Assembly (NCBI GenBank): GCA_000995965.1
Contig: LBYD01000001.1
Location: 207,265 to 271,264, forward strand
Source: Candidatus Moranbacteria bacterium GW2011_GWC2_40_12
GTDB lineage: Bacteria; Patescibacteriota; Minisyncoccia; Moranbacterales; UBA11712
Direction of reading: 5' to 3'
DNA length: 64,000 nt
Shown here: piece after piece, positions 54,288 through 64,000 of the stretch
How the letters are laid out: each line of letters begins with the position of its first letter
How positions within the stretch are numbered: the stretch's first letter is position 1
Position numbers and translations under genes: made by a program
The notes under the pieces: generated by a model
Told to the model about the DNA's origin: nothing
Databases searched by the model: none
The model's input: the letters and a program-made list of their open reading frames with translations, nothing else

Positions 54288-55016
54288 TCAAATTCCCGGC
54301 GTCGGATTCCCGGCGAAAAAATCAACGGAACAATCATTTGTATCCTCATCCTTTGGAATTCTTAGCAGGGAGTTTCCAGGACCAGAGGGATTTGTATGCG
54401 AAATAACTCCGCTGTAGCTTCCACTCCCATATGTGACGACGTCAATAGTTTTGTTTTCTTTATCCAAGAGCAAGACTTCGTCACCTGAATTTGCAAGATC
54501 CATATATCCCCCCGCCCATGAAGTATATTTTTTCATATTCGGAACGGCTGTGTCAGATTCCACCCACTCGAAATCAGGCGAAATTTCGAAAGCATCCTTG
54601 AATGCGGCCGCTTTTCTCGCGATTATCAAATAATTGGTTGCCTTTATTATCGCGCCTGAGGGAAACTCATACATTCCCTCGCCATCTCCTTCTTTCTCCT
54701 CATCTCCCAGCTTATATGCTTCCTTGAATAAATCGATATCATCTGAAGTTGGATTATACAGCTTAATAAATTCGAAATTGTCTCCGTCGCTAGGATTATA
54801 ATAAACTTCACTGATCATAAGATAGAATTTATCGTCTGCCTCTTCCTCCCCCCACTCCCCCGCCTGAAATTCATTACCCTCGCTTTTTTCCGAGTCTGAG
54901 GAAATCGCCACCGTGCCGCTGACTTCCCCGAAGCGGAAAGCGAAAGACAGCGTCAAAATCGCGAAGCTCAAAAGATATAGCGGTCGGACAAATTTTTTTC
55001 GGATGCGTCCCGGCAT
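54288..55016 (-). CDS. Lamin-tail-domain protein with SipW-type signal
   Basis: GTVAISSDSEKSEGNEFQAGEW N-terminal motif; ISEVYYNP..EFIKLYNPT, LANSGDEVLL and DTNDCSVDF..PTPG. Confidence 0.85.
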   Translation of the reverse strand: MPGRIRKKFVRPLYLLSFAILTLSFAFRFGEVSGTVAISSDSEKSEGNEFQAGEWGEEEADDKFYLMISEVYYNPSDGDNFEFIKLYNPTSDDIDLFKEAYKLGDEEKEGDGEGMYEFPSGAIIKATNYLIIARKAAAFKDAFEISPDFEWVESDTAVPNMKKYTSWAGGYMDLANSGDEVLLLDKENKTIDVVTYGSGSYSGVISHTNPSGPGNSLLRIPKDEDTNDCSVDFFAGNPTPGI

Positions 55017-55111
55017 TTTGATTTTTCTTAAACTATTTTTTTACCCTGTTAAATAATTTCACGAAGTATGATTGCTGCTTTGCAGTTTAAAAGGGGCGAA
55101 TTTCTTTATCC

Positions 55112-55813
55112 CTAAATTATTTTTCTGCGTTTTATTTGATTTTGGTCATCTCTCCCCGGACTTCTCCTGACAAATTGTTCTGAAGGCGCTTGAGGATGAT
55201 CTTTTGTCCCGGGAGCTTCCGCGTGCAATCCAGCGCCCAGAGATTCCTCTTCGATAATGCGGATCCGGTCCTCGACATTTTCCGGCGCGGCTTGTTTTTC
55301 TTTCTTTTCCCGCCGGCTCCGCCACTTTTTCGTTATTTCCTCTTTTATCTTATACAGCTCTTCATAGATGATGATGGTCGCCGGAATGATCACGAGCAGA
55401 ATGAATCCGGTTTTCGTGCGAGCGTATCCAATCGGGTAGCCGACATAGGGCAAATTGAAAATAGTTTTTCCGACCACATTTTGCCCGCTGGTTTCCTCCG
55501 GATCCGCTTCCTCGTTCGCATCTCCCTTTGTGCGATAGGTTGCTTCCCCGCCGCTGCCTTTTTTTTCCACCACCCGGTGAGTCACGGTATTTCTCCCGGC
55601 TTTTATCGTGATCACATCCCCCACGCCGTATTCCGGAGCGGATTTCACGAAAATCAAACTTCCCATTGGCACTTTCGGCTCCATCGAACCCGATTGCACG
55701 GTGAAAATCTTATAATTCCCAGGAATCGGCAAAAAAGTCCCCGCGACCACCAGGAGAAACAGGAACAAAACCGCCAGTATCAGATTGTAGCCTATTTTGA
55801 AAACTTTTTTCAT
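55112..55813 (-). CDS. sipW: Signal peptidase I, SipW (S26B) type
   Basis: VQSGSMEP, GDVIT, VTHRV and TKGDANEEAD (Ser-His type). Confidence 0.92.
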   Translation of the reverse strand: MKKVFKIGYNLILAVLFLFLLVVAGTFLPIPGNYKIFTVQSGSMEPKVPMGSLIFVKSAPEYGVGDVITIKAGRNTVTHRVVEKKGSGGEATYRTKGDANEEADPEETSGQNVVGKTIFNLPYVGYPIGYARTKTGFILLVIIPATIIIYEELYKIKEEITKKWRSRREKKEKQAAPENVEDRIRIIEEESLGAGLHAEAPGTKDHPQAPSEQFVRRSPGRDDQNQIKRRKII

Positions 55814-55880
55814 TTTTAAGGCCGAACCTTAAAAAAAATTATAACCAATTTTTAAAACCTTTTAAAACATCCTTGCCTAT

Positions 55881-57917
55881 CTAATCAATATCAAAACTAA
55901 TCTCGTTTCCCATAACCGCAGTCCATGTTCCGGGACCCTGATGGAATGATTCTTCGTTCAAAATCATTCCCAAGTTATAAGTTCCCGAAGCAAGTATCAT
56001 GCCGCCGCAAGAGCCTCTTTCGATTTGGCCATTAACATTTCCAGCAGCACAAAGATTCAATGCTGGATGAAGCGGATCAAGAAACGCCAACAGGTTGTTA
56101 TTGCTCTGGCCGCACGTACCGCCACTGCACCACAGCACGTGATAACTGGAATCAGTTGTCACTGACTTTGTAGCATTGCCGCTGGCATCGGCCGTAATAT
56201 AGCCCCAGACCAGATAACCGCTGATGCAATGGGTTCCGCCTTTGTAAATTGAATTGCTGGCATAACCCGCATCATTAGTATTAGCGTTTGTTGTATTATC
56301 CCACCATCGTCCTTTATTGCCGATGTATTCATTGGCCAGATCATCTCCGCTGGCTCCATATTTGCAAGTTGGTTTGCCATCGAATTTCAACTGATAAGTC
56401 GCATATGGTTTCAGTCCTGTTGCCGTGACTGTGCCGGACAATTTGTCATTCGCGGGTGTGTCATAAGCAAAGCTCACATTTGCGGTGCTGTAATTATGGA
56501 TATAGCCATATTGAGAAGCCGCGCCTAAGTCATTTAGAGTGATAGTTTCGGTACTGACCACATCCGTGTCATCGTAAAAGATGACCGAGGTCTCCCAGAG
56601 ATATGGTGAAGGATTCCATGTATTTAAAATGTGGTTCGTAGCATCATAATCAGCCGAAAGAACCATAATAATTTTTGCACCAATTTCGGTACCCCCATTT
56701 CCCGGATAATTCTTATCGTCAGAATTGGGCAAGTCAGTGTCTAGGTCAGGACTTCCCGATAATGTTAGATCACCGCTTCCGTTGGTAGATCCACTTCCAA
56801 TTAATTTACCGGTGAGGTGATTCATGCCGTTTCCGGCCCAAGGATCAGCATAATAAATCAAACTGTATGCTGTGCCTGATATTAGTCCGTGACCGCTAAA
56901 ACTATAATCAAAAGTCGGACCAGATTCATTAAAAGTTAAATCACCATATGTTCCGTCATCTATAACATGCCAATCGTCGGTAACAAATTTGTTTTCCAGC
57001 CTCACTGTTTCATGTCCATTGCCCGCCGCTTGGCAGGCGGTGTCCGCATTGCAATCACTATCTCCGCAATCAGCAAAACCGTCACAATCATTATCTATCG
57101 CATCACCACAAATCTCCGCAACCGGCGTGCAAGCCGGTTCTTCATTACCACCGTTTATTTCTGAACATTTGAAATTTTCGTTATGCCTTGACTGCTCGAC
57201 ATAAAATTTCACATCGGCGGATATGGAATCAGTTTGAGTGTCATTATGCTCGCCCAATTTGTCGCAGGAAATTGTGTGGCTTGTTTCATCAACTACCATT
57301 GTTCCGAAGCACCATTTGAGGCCGATATTTTTCGTCTGTCCACCCATGATCGGATTGCCACCAGTGGTCGAATCAGCCAAAGCGTAGGTTTTCCCATTGA
57401 GGATATCGCTCGCCGGACCGAATTTATTTGAGAATAACAATGGCTCGCCACTTTCCCAAACTTTGTCTCCGTTATCGGCCCAGGCGGTAAAAAACAAATT
57501 TTGCGCCAGCTCTCCCTGATCCGCAGCTGTTCCGCAAGTTTCGTCATTTGCTTTTTCTTCTGGATCATTGCAATCATTCTCATCATTTTTCAAATTGTCG
57601 ATCGTGAGACATGCCCACGCATCATTGTCGTCAATATGCAAACTTATGGTATTTTCGCCAAAATCACCCGGCTTAATGTCCGAAAAATTGAAAAACTTGT
57701 CCGAAGTCGGGATCAAATCCTTCAACTCCCACTCTCCGCATTGGCTTGAGGATTGGCCGTTGTAGGAGCAATGACTGTCTATTTTCAAATCAATCTCTCC
57801 CGCTCTAAATATGTTTCCCGCCGCGGTTTCCGTATCCGAAAAAAACGAATACGTTGAGTATCCCGCAATAGCGGCAACTCCGATCACCACCGCGAAACTT
57901 TTGATTATTTTTCTCAT
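55881..57917 (-). CDS. Large TasA/camelysin-family protein
   Basis: STYSFFSDTETAAGNIFRAGEIDLKI, DIKPGDFGE, QTDSISAD..EQ and an EICGDAIDNDCDG Cys/Asp motif. Confidence 0.88.
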   Translation of the reverse strand: MRKIIKSFAVVIGVAAIAGYSTYSFFSDTETAAGNIFRAGEIDLKIDSHCSYNGQSSSQCGEWELKDLIPTSDKFFNFSDIKPGDFGENTISLHIDDNDAWACLTIDNLKNDENDCNDPEEKANDETCGTAADQGELAQNLFFTAWADNGDKVWESGEPLLFSNKFGPASDILNGKTYALADSTTGGNPIMGGQTKNIGLKWCFGTMVVDETSHTISCDKLGEHNDTQTDSISADVKFYVEQSRHNENFKCSEINGGNEEPACTPVAEICGDAIDNDCDGFADCGDSDCNADTACQAAGNGHETVRLENKFVTDDWHVIDDGTYGDLTFNESGPTFDYSFSGHGLISGTAYSLIYYADPWAGNGMNHLTGKLIGSGSTNGSGDLTLSGSPDLDTDLPNSDDKNYPGNGGTEIGAKIIMVLSADYDATNHILNTWNPSPYLWETSVIFYDDTDVVSTETITLNDLGAASQYGYIHNYSTANVSFAYDTPANDKLSGTVTATGLKPYATYQLKFDGKPTCKYGASGDDLANEYIGNKGRWWDNTTNANTNDAGYASNSIYKGGTHCISGYLVWGYITADASGNATKSVTTDSSYHVLWCSGGTCGQSNNNLLAFLDPLHPALNLCAAGNVNGQIERGSCGGMILASGTYNLGMILNEESFHQGPGTWTAVMGNEISFDID

Positions 57918-58046
57918 ACATTTGTATTTCTGCAAATTTCTCTTCCCGCCTCAAACGAAATCAACAGATCAGATATTAATTCACACTTAAAACCTCAATC
58001 CTCCCGCCCAAAGCCTATTGAGCGAGAGAGAAAGGCTTCATCCTGT

Positions 58047-59237
58047 TTAGTTATCCGTGTCGTTGTAGTGGATGTAAACATTACCTTCGAACAGCCAATT
58101 GTCATCTGGTGCCCAGGGACTAACGCTGGTGCCGGTATAGTTGGCACTTGGTATCAGCCAGATTTTGGCGCCGGTTCCGAAATTAGCGTCCGCAGGAGCT
58201 GGCAAATCCATTCCGAGATCTATTACTTGAGCTCCCGAATTAATCCCCCCGCTTCCATCGGTAGTATATGTCCCGATAAGCTTTCCGGGATTATTTCCTG
58301 GAAAAGGATCGGCATAATATATCAAGCTATAGGGAGTATTGATTGGGAGACTTTGTGCAGTTAGGGTGTAATTGAATGTCGGACCATCTCCCTGCCAAGT
58401 CAATGTTGCGGATTTCGCATCATTGGTGATGGGTGTCCAAGGACCTGTCGCATTTTGCGTTTCGTTTTCCAGAGTGAGTGTCTGTGTTCCTTGCAGGGGT
58501 GCGAAATGTGTTGCGCATGAGAAGTCAGAATTATTCCTTTCTTGCTCGACATAGAAAACCAAATCGCCACCCAGTTTGTCTGTTTGCACTTCATTGCCTG
58601 TGGTTGTAGGAACAGACCACGCAATCCCGAGACATTGCTCCCCAACAGGGAGGGCATGGTTTTTCCCAAGCATTGATTGATCTGTTGTATCCGCGACTGG
58701 AAGCACGAACGATGTTTGATTGCCCACTTGCGTCATAAATGTGCTTAACGGAACATTATTTGCGAGCACTTGCTCGGTTCCGCTTTGGTCATTATCGCAA
58801 CTTTCTCCAGCTCCAGCTCCGTCATCTATCCAGATTGTAAGATTTAAGTGTTGGTCCAACTCACCATTTCCGTTTTGTGTGCAAACTGATTCGGCAGCCA
58901 ATTCAGGATCGTTGCACTCATTATCACTGTCGACAACGTTATTCACTTGCACGCATGCCCAAGCAGGATTGCTGGTGAGATTAAACTTCAAAGTGCTTTC
59001 ACCACTGTCCCCGGGCTTAACATCGGTACAATTGAAGATCGGACCACCGACTGTATTACTAAATTGGCAAGCTCCATTTGTCGCTTTATCGGTATGAGTG
59101 ACAGTCAAATCAATCGCTCCCGCGGTGAATGTGTTCCCCGTCGAAGTCTCCGTGTCAGAGAAGAACGAATACGTCGCGTATCCGGCGATGGCCGCCACCA
59201 CGAGAACCAGCGCCGAACTTCGAAATATTTTTTTCAT
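58047..59237 (-). CDS. TasA/camelysin-family protein
   Basis: ATYSFFSDTETSTGNTFTAGAIDLTV, DVKPGDSGE and GNEVQTDKL. Confidence 0.9.
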   Translation of the reverse strand: MKKIFRSSALVLVVAAIAGYATYSFFSDTETSTGNTFTAGAIDLTVTHTDKATNGACQFSNTVGGPIFNCTDVKPGDSGESTLKFNLTSNPAWACVQVNNVVDSDNECNDPELAAESVCTQNGNGELDQHLNLTIWIDDGAGAGESCDNDQSGTEQVLANNVPLSTFMTQVGNQTSFVLPVADTTDQSMLGKNHALPVGEQCLGIAWSVPTTTGNEVQTDKLGGDLVFYVEQERNNSDFSCATHFAPLQGTQTLTLENETQNATGPWTPITNDAKSATLTWQGDGPTFNYTLTAQSLPINTPYSLIYYADPFPGNNPGKLIGTYTTDGSGGINSGAQVIDLGMDLPAPADANFGTGAKIWLIPSANYTGTSVSPWAPDDNWLFEGNVYIHYNDTDN

Positions 59238-59420
59238 TTTATTTTCTCTTATAATTTAATTTTGCGATAATTCTTTGTCTCCCTAAAGTATAAATTGAGA
59301 GTTTTCACCCTCCCCCTATGAGGGAGAGTCTTGAATCATCACGATTTTTTTGGCATTTTCGCAGTACCCGCGTCGACTTTTTTTCTATTATTTAAATTTT
59401 GTTATTTTTGAAATTGGCAA

Positions 59421-60317
59421 TCAATCCCTACACCGATCTTCACAATGATGACAGGTATTCTGGCACGGTTGGCAGGATTCGCTGCCTTTGGCGGTGAAGC
59501 GGAGATCAAATTTCAGGCTGTCAGTCTGGGCTTCGTTGCCGACTGTTTCCGGCAATCTCCAGGCAAAACCGATATAGTATGTCACTCCCTCGATGAGCCG
59601 CCCGTCGCGCGCCACTCCGTGGCAGACATTTTTTTTGCATTTTTTTCCATCGCCGTCGCCATCCGCGTTTTGGCAATCGTTCCAATATTTTTGCCGGTTG
59701 GTTCGCAGAAATTTGCGCAGTTCAAAAGTTTTGGGACATTTCCGAAGACTTGTCCAGTCCATCATCAGCGCATCTTTTTCGTTGTATATATTATCTCCTT
59801 CTCCCGGATCAGTTTTTCCCTGAAAACCAAGGATTCTTCCCTGATCAAGCCAAATCTGAAATTCAATGGATTCGCGCATTTCTCCGTTTTTTTCTTTGCT
59901 CCCAGGGTTTTTCCCCCGGCAGTCGCGGTCAATTCTCGTTTTTGTCTCCGGTTCCACGCACTTGTTGCCTCGATCAAGAATGTCTTTGATGGTCATTTCC
60001 CCGCAGGCATCGCCGCCCGTCACCGTGAGATCAATCGTGACTTCGCCATAGTCTCCGGGCTTCAAGTCCGGAAAATTGAAGAATTTGTGCCGGCAGTTGA
60101 GATCCGCCTCCTCCCAATTGCCAAAGCCTTGGCAAAGCGCGCCGTTGAACTGGCAGACGCTCGAAACCTTGAGATCCAATTTGCGGTGTTGCGGCTCAGG
60201 TTTGGACTTCGGAAGAAAAAAATTCCCCGGCTTGGCGAAGGAATAGTAGGCAGCTCCGCAAGTCAAAGCGGCTGAGACGAAAACGAGAGTTGCTTTTGAG
60301 AAAAAATATTTCAGCAT
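59421..60317 (-). CDS. TasA-like paralogue lacking the canonical N-terminal strand
   Basis: LDLKV, FFNFPDLKPGDYGE and WRLPETVGNEAQTDSL; basic and Cys-rich. Confidence 0.8.
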   Translation of the reverse strand: MLKYFFSKATLVFVSAALTCGAAYYSFAKPGNFFLPKSKPEPQHRKLDLKVSSVCQFNGALCQGFGNWEEADLNCRHKFFNFPDLKPGDYGEVTIDLTVTGGDACGEMTIKDILDRGNKCVEPETKTRIDRDCRGKNPGSKEKNGEMRESIEFQIWLDQGRILGFQGKTDPGEGDNIYNEKDALMMDWTSLRKCPKTFELRKFLRTNRQKYWNDCQNADGDGDGKKCKKNVCHGVARDGRLIEGVTYYIGFAWRLPETVGNEAQTDSLKFDLRFTAKGSESCQPCQNTCHHCEDRCRD

Positions 60318-60353
60318 TTTTGGATGAAAGTTTATTTTCCCTAATTCGTAAAT

Positions 60354-60501
60354 AAAAAAGCCAGCACAAAGCCGCTATCCCCACGATAACGAACTAGTGC
60401 TGGCTTTTGGTTTGTTTTGGCTATTTCTTGGCACTGTTTGGAAAACAAAAAAACACCGACCTAAAAACGCCAGACCATGACGATTTCGGATCGGTTTTTT
60501 T
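60354..60501 (-). terminator. Two tandem terminator-like hairpins upstream of the TasA locus
   Basis: Minus strand ACCGATC..GGTCGGT-GTTTTTTT and GCCAGCAC..GTGCTGGC-TTTTTT. Confidence 0.6.
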
Positions 60502-60736
60502 CCATATGATCACCCTTCATATGTTTTTCCTTTTCTCACAAAAAAAAAGAAGCGTTGTTTTTTTGACTTCTTTAGTTTTGTTTTTTATTTTTTATTGTTA
60601 ATTTATTTTACATTCTTTCGCGAAAGCTAGCAAAGGCAAAAAGTGGATAACTCAGCAAGAATTCTTTTTTTGTGTCGTAATTAATAATTTTACTATTTCG
60701 CATTTCACGAAACATGCTCTTTTGGAATCGGAAATC

Positions 60737-60919
60737 CTATATTTTTTCTTTTTCGGTTCGGAAATAGAAATAATAATGGATCAGGAGTATCCCGCCGACA
60801 AGCGCCAGCCACCACCAGACCTGCTGGCACTCGTATTGCTGCCACCAAAGAAAAGCCAAAGCACTGGCTCCGAGGGGAATGACATAAGTCCGCAAAAATT
60901 TTTCCAGCCGGGTTTTCAT
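60737..60919 (-). CDS. Small two-TM Trp-rich protein (60 aa)
   Basis: MKTRLEKFLRTYVIPLGASALAFLWWQQYECQQVWWWLALVGGILLIHYYFYFRTEKEKI. Confidence 0.55.
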   Translation of the reverse strand: MKTRLEKFLRTYVIPLGASALAFLWWQQYECQQVWWWLALVGGILLIHYYFYFRTEKEKI

Positions 60920-60933
60920 AAGTTGATGCCTTT

Positions 60934-63774
60934 CTATCGCCTTATTATTTCTTTCTGGCGCAGAAGAGCCCAGTGAACCGCCGCGAAATAGAGGAATGCC
61001 GCCGCCGCCCAGCCCCACCAGGGAAGAGTGCGGCAAATGCCGTTGGTCCACGCGCCCAGAACCTTTCCGTCCCCAGCAAGCGCTTCAGCAGCCTCCGCGG
61101 TTTCGACAAAGGCTGTTTCTCCGGCGCCGACGAGGCTGACCGGAGGATTGTCGGCAGATGTATAATAATAGTAATAATAGTTTTCCTCCTGATTTTTTCT
61201 GCCGTTCACGTCAACCAATATTTTCGCCTCATTGCCCCAAACTTCGCTTCCTGTTTCGTCAAATCCGCTCGCGACAGCGGTATTCCTGTAGTCTCCGGTC
61301 GGCGCCCCTAAATTCACCATCAATTTATAGGTCACAATGGCTTTTTTCCCGGCTTCCAGCTTTTCCACCTTCCAGGAATAATCTCCGGCGCCGCCATTTT
61401 TATTCATGATTTTGTCGCTGACAACAATATCGCTTATGGTTGAGTTTCCCGTGTTCGTCACAATGATCGTGTGCTTGGCAATCTGGCCCACTTCCATTTT
61501 TTTCTTCGAAGAACTGCGGGTTATAAAAAGGGCCGAATTTATCCGGGACGTTTCGCTTTCGCCAAATTCGGAACCGGTTTGTCCGCTTTCTCCGTTTTGG
61601 CTGTTTTCCTGGTTCGCGCCGCTTTTCGCCAGGCTCCAGACTTCGGTCTGATCCGCCGCGACATTGTTCGCGAGCTCGACTTCTTTGGTCCCGGTCGCGA
61701 CCGCCGCCTCGCTTTCAAGAAATGCTGTACTTTCAGGCAAATCATCGCTCACAACCACATTCACGAAAAAAGATCCTTCTTCCCCGGCTTTGAGTCCCTC
61801 AAGAGTCCAGGAAAGATCATTTCCTTCGCGCCACGGACCGGTGCCGCTCGAATCAGACTGGAAATCCACCCCGTCCGGAAGATGCAAACCCGCGTTCAAA
61901 TTTTCGCAATCAGCCCGCCCGTCGTTTTTGTAGGTAATCTTATAAGCATAGGAATCGCCTTTTTTCACTTTAGAGACATTGTCGGCCAGTGATACGGAAA
62001 GGTCCGGATAGGCAAATTCGACATCGCCTTGCCAGCTGCCGAAAATATTCACGACCGCAAACATCCAGTTCGAGCCGATGAAATTGTTGTTGACAAGATT
62101 GTATATTTTTGAAAAAGCATAGGCGTTTCCGGTGGTGATATTCGCGCCGCCGCCTTCGCTTTCGATTTCATTTCCGCCGGTGTTCGCGGTCGTCGTCACG
62201 TTGTTTTCAACATCCGCTTCGTTGCGGATGAATATTTTTGTCAGCCAGCTGGCGAGTCCGCCGTCCTCTGAATTTTCATCTTCTTCGAAATCAAAACTGA
62301 AAACCGTTTCATAGCCGTTTTTTTCACTGTTCCAGTTGAGAACATTTCCCACCCAGTTACCCATATTGTTGATAGCAAGAAAAAACCAGTTGCTCCCGAC
62401 AACCGTTGATCCGACTTGGTTTATGACGCCGTTCTCGGAATAGGCGCTTCCGGTGTCGATTGCAGAGCTCCCGCCCTCAGTTTCGATTTCATTTAGGCCG
62501 GTTGTTGCGGAAGTTTGGACGTTGTTCTCAATGTCCGTATCGTTTTCGACATCGACGATGAAATTGTCGGGCTGGCCACTCGCCGGGACCGAAAGCAGTC
62601 CTTCGCCCGGCACAATGAGATCCCCGATCCAGTTTCCGAAAATATTGATTACGGCAAAAAGAAAATTATTCCCAACAATGTTATTGTTGACGATATTCGC
62701 GACATTTGCGACCGCGATCGCGTCGCCGGTTGTGATGAGAGAATCGCCATTCTCTGTTTCGTTCGAAATTTCATTTTGGCCGGAACTGGCTTCGGTGACC
62801 ACGTCGTTATCGATATCCGCTTCGTTTTCGATCGAAATTTCTACCGCGTCGAAAGCGGAAAGATTGCTGTTATTCGTGTTTTCGGCATTTTCCAGAAGCG
62901 AATTGAATGTTTCGAGAAGATTTATGTCTCCCTCGACGTTGCCATAAATATTCTCGACAGTTTCAATTCCGTTGTCACCGACAACGTTTGTATTCACTTC
63001 ATTGACGACATTCGTCGCGGCCACCGCGTCACCAGTGGAGATTTCGGCCAAAGCATCCTCCGACAGCGCTTCTTCTTCAATATTTTCATCCTTTTCCCGC
63101 CTGCTTGAATTGTCTTCTCGATCATCTCTGTCATTTTCCGGTGTCGCAGCCTCATCGGGAGTCAATTGCTCCTCCGGAGCGGCTTCCGGCAGGACAGTTG
63201 AAGCGGCGTCCGAACCTGCTTCTTCCTGAACAAGAGAAAGATCGCTTGCATCAAACAATGGCACATCACGAACCGGCCCCGGTTCTTTGAGATCTGTTTC
63301 ATTTTGGCCGGTATTCGCGGCTGTTTCAATATCGTTATTAATATCAGCGTCATTCTCGATTTCAATTTTCTCGGTAAGACAAATTTCAATTTCCCCGCAG
63401 GTCGTCATTTTTTTGCATTCTCCGCATTCACTTTCGTCCTGAAAATCATCAAAAAGGTCGTCCAGCTGGCACGTTTTCCAAAATTCTTCCGGACTTTCCT
63501 CCGCCTCGGCCGCAGTTTCTTCTTCAGCGGCGCCTTTTTTTTCATCCGGAACGCTTGTATCGGCCAATTTCTCGGTTTCAATGGCTTCTTCTTCGATGGA
63601 CTCCTCCACGGCAGGCTCTTCCTCTTGCTCCGGCGAGGCTTGTTCCACCTGTTCATTCGGGACGGTTTCAGCTTTTGCAACCAAGACTGGCAAGCCGCAC
63701 TGAAAAAAAGCCAGTTGGGCTGCCAGCGCGAAATGGAATATTATTTTGAAAAATTTTTTCTGCCTGATTTTCAT
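60934..63774 (-). CDS. Large surface protein with Asn-rich repeats, DUF11 domains and a C-terminal TM anchor
   Basis: Repeats (I)ENEADxxNxVxTxAxTGxNEI..I.TGDA; DLSV..YKITYKNDG (DUF11); GKVLGA then a Trp-rich TM helix. Confidence 0.85.
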   Translation of the reverse strand: MKIRQKKFFKIIFHFALAAQLAFFQCGLPVLVAKAETVPNEQVEQASPEQEEEPAVEESIEEEAIETEKLADTSVPDEKKGAAEEETAAEAEESPEEFWKTCQLDDLFDDFQDESECGECKKMTTCGEIEICLTEKIEIENDADINNDIETAANTGQNETDLKEPGPVRDVPLFDASDLSLVQEEAGSDAASTVLPEAAPEEQLTPDEAATPENDRDDREDNSSRREKDENIEEEALSEDALAEISTGDAVAATNVVNEVNTNVVGDNGIETVENIYGNVEGDINLLETFNSLLENAENTNNSNLSAFDAVEISIENEADIDNDVVTEASSGQNEISNETENGDSLITTGDAIAVANVANIVNNNIVGNNFLFAVINIFGNWIGDLIVPGEGLLSVPASGQPDNFIVDVENDTDIENNVQTSATTGLNEIETEGGSSAIDTGSAYSENGVINQVGSTVVGSNWFFLAINNMGNWVGNVLNWNSEKNGYETVFSFDFEEDENSEDGGLASWLTKIFIRNEADVENNVTTTANTGGNEIESEGGGANITTGNAYAFSKIYNLVNNNFIGSNWMFAVVNIFGSWQGDVEFAYPDLSVSLADNVSKVKKGDSYAYKITYKNDGRADCENLNAGLHLPDGVDFQSDSSGTGPWREGNDLSWTLEGLKAGEEGSFFVNVVVSDDLPESTAFLESEAAVATGTKEVELANNVAADQTEVWSLAKSGANQENSQNGESGQTGSEFGESETSRINSALFITRSSSKKKMEVGQIAKHTIIVTNTGNSTISDIVVSDKIMNKNGGAGDYSWKVEKLEAGKKAIVTYKLMVNLGAPTGDYRNTAVASGFDETGSEVWGNEAKILVDVNGRKNQEENYYYYYYTSADNPPVSLVGAGETAFVETAEAAEALAGDGKVLGAWTNGICRTLPWWGWAAAAFLYFAAVHWALLRQKEIIRR

Positions 63775-63818
63775 TTGCTTCCCACTCGCCCTCCTCCGCG
63801 TTGCTTATTTTGGATTTT

Positions 63819-64000
63819 TTAGCTGAAAAGTGAAACTACTCTCTCGAAAATGCTCCGGGCGGTTTCTGAAATGCTTTCGGCTGTCCGGGCAAATATATTT
63901 TTCTCATCAGCCACTGGCTCGCCCATCTCGGGGCTGTTCACTTCTTCTTGGTCTTCTTTCTCGGCGATGGCCGGATCGCTTTCGACCGGCGTGACGTCGA
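63819..64000 (-). CDS. 3' end of a CDS that runs off the window
   Basis: Open frame ..DVTPVESDPAIAEKEDQEE..RSIFERVVSLFS* ending at 63819. Confidence 0.65.
   Translation of the reverse strand, partial: DVTPVESDPAIAEKEDQEEVNSPEMGEPVADEKNIFARTAESISETARSIFERVVSLFS

Noticed and set aside
1..64000. Genome-wide UGA recoding (genetic code 25 or 4)
   Set aside because: prfA, prmC, tsf and others end at TGA at the expected lengths, conserved genes have no internal TGA, and tRNA-Trp has anticodon CCA.

Overview
A 64-kb window from a small-genome bacterium, most likely Patescibacteria/CPR (Parcubacteria-like, possibly Ca. Moranbacteria). This assignment is inferred from gene content, not from a database search. 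The standard code is used: TGA is a stop and the Trp tRNA reads CCA. Core genes are rpsB-tsf, rpmE, prfA-prmC, infA-rpmJ-rpsM-rpsK-rpsD-rpoA-rplQ-rplM-rpsI, rpmG and three tRNAs. Envelope loci include an ftsA-like gene, an amidase, two MacAB-type ABC clusters (one behind an ECF sigma factor), rmlCBDA with a GT4 and a eukaryote-type UDP-sugar pyrophosphorylase-like gene, a hyaluronan/chitin-synthase-like GT2 between two deacetylases, and a SipW-TasA fibre locus. Three things stand out. (1) At 42356-44212, three tandem promoter-to-terminator units (~640, ~285 and ~640 nt) have no credible long ORF and fold into many long G-U-containing helices; two of them carry tiny Shine-Dalgarno-led ORFs. They are candidate novel large structured RNAs and sit next to a REP-associated HUH transposase. 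(2) At 52156-52338 an intact tRNA-Thr(GGT) lies inside a palindromic repeat, which lies inside the anticodon arm of a second tRNA-like gene. (3) Several families of short palindromic and heptamer repeats occur throughout, some inserted in-frame in proteins. All protein calls come from motif recognition by eye, and several start codons were moved from the ORF track.
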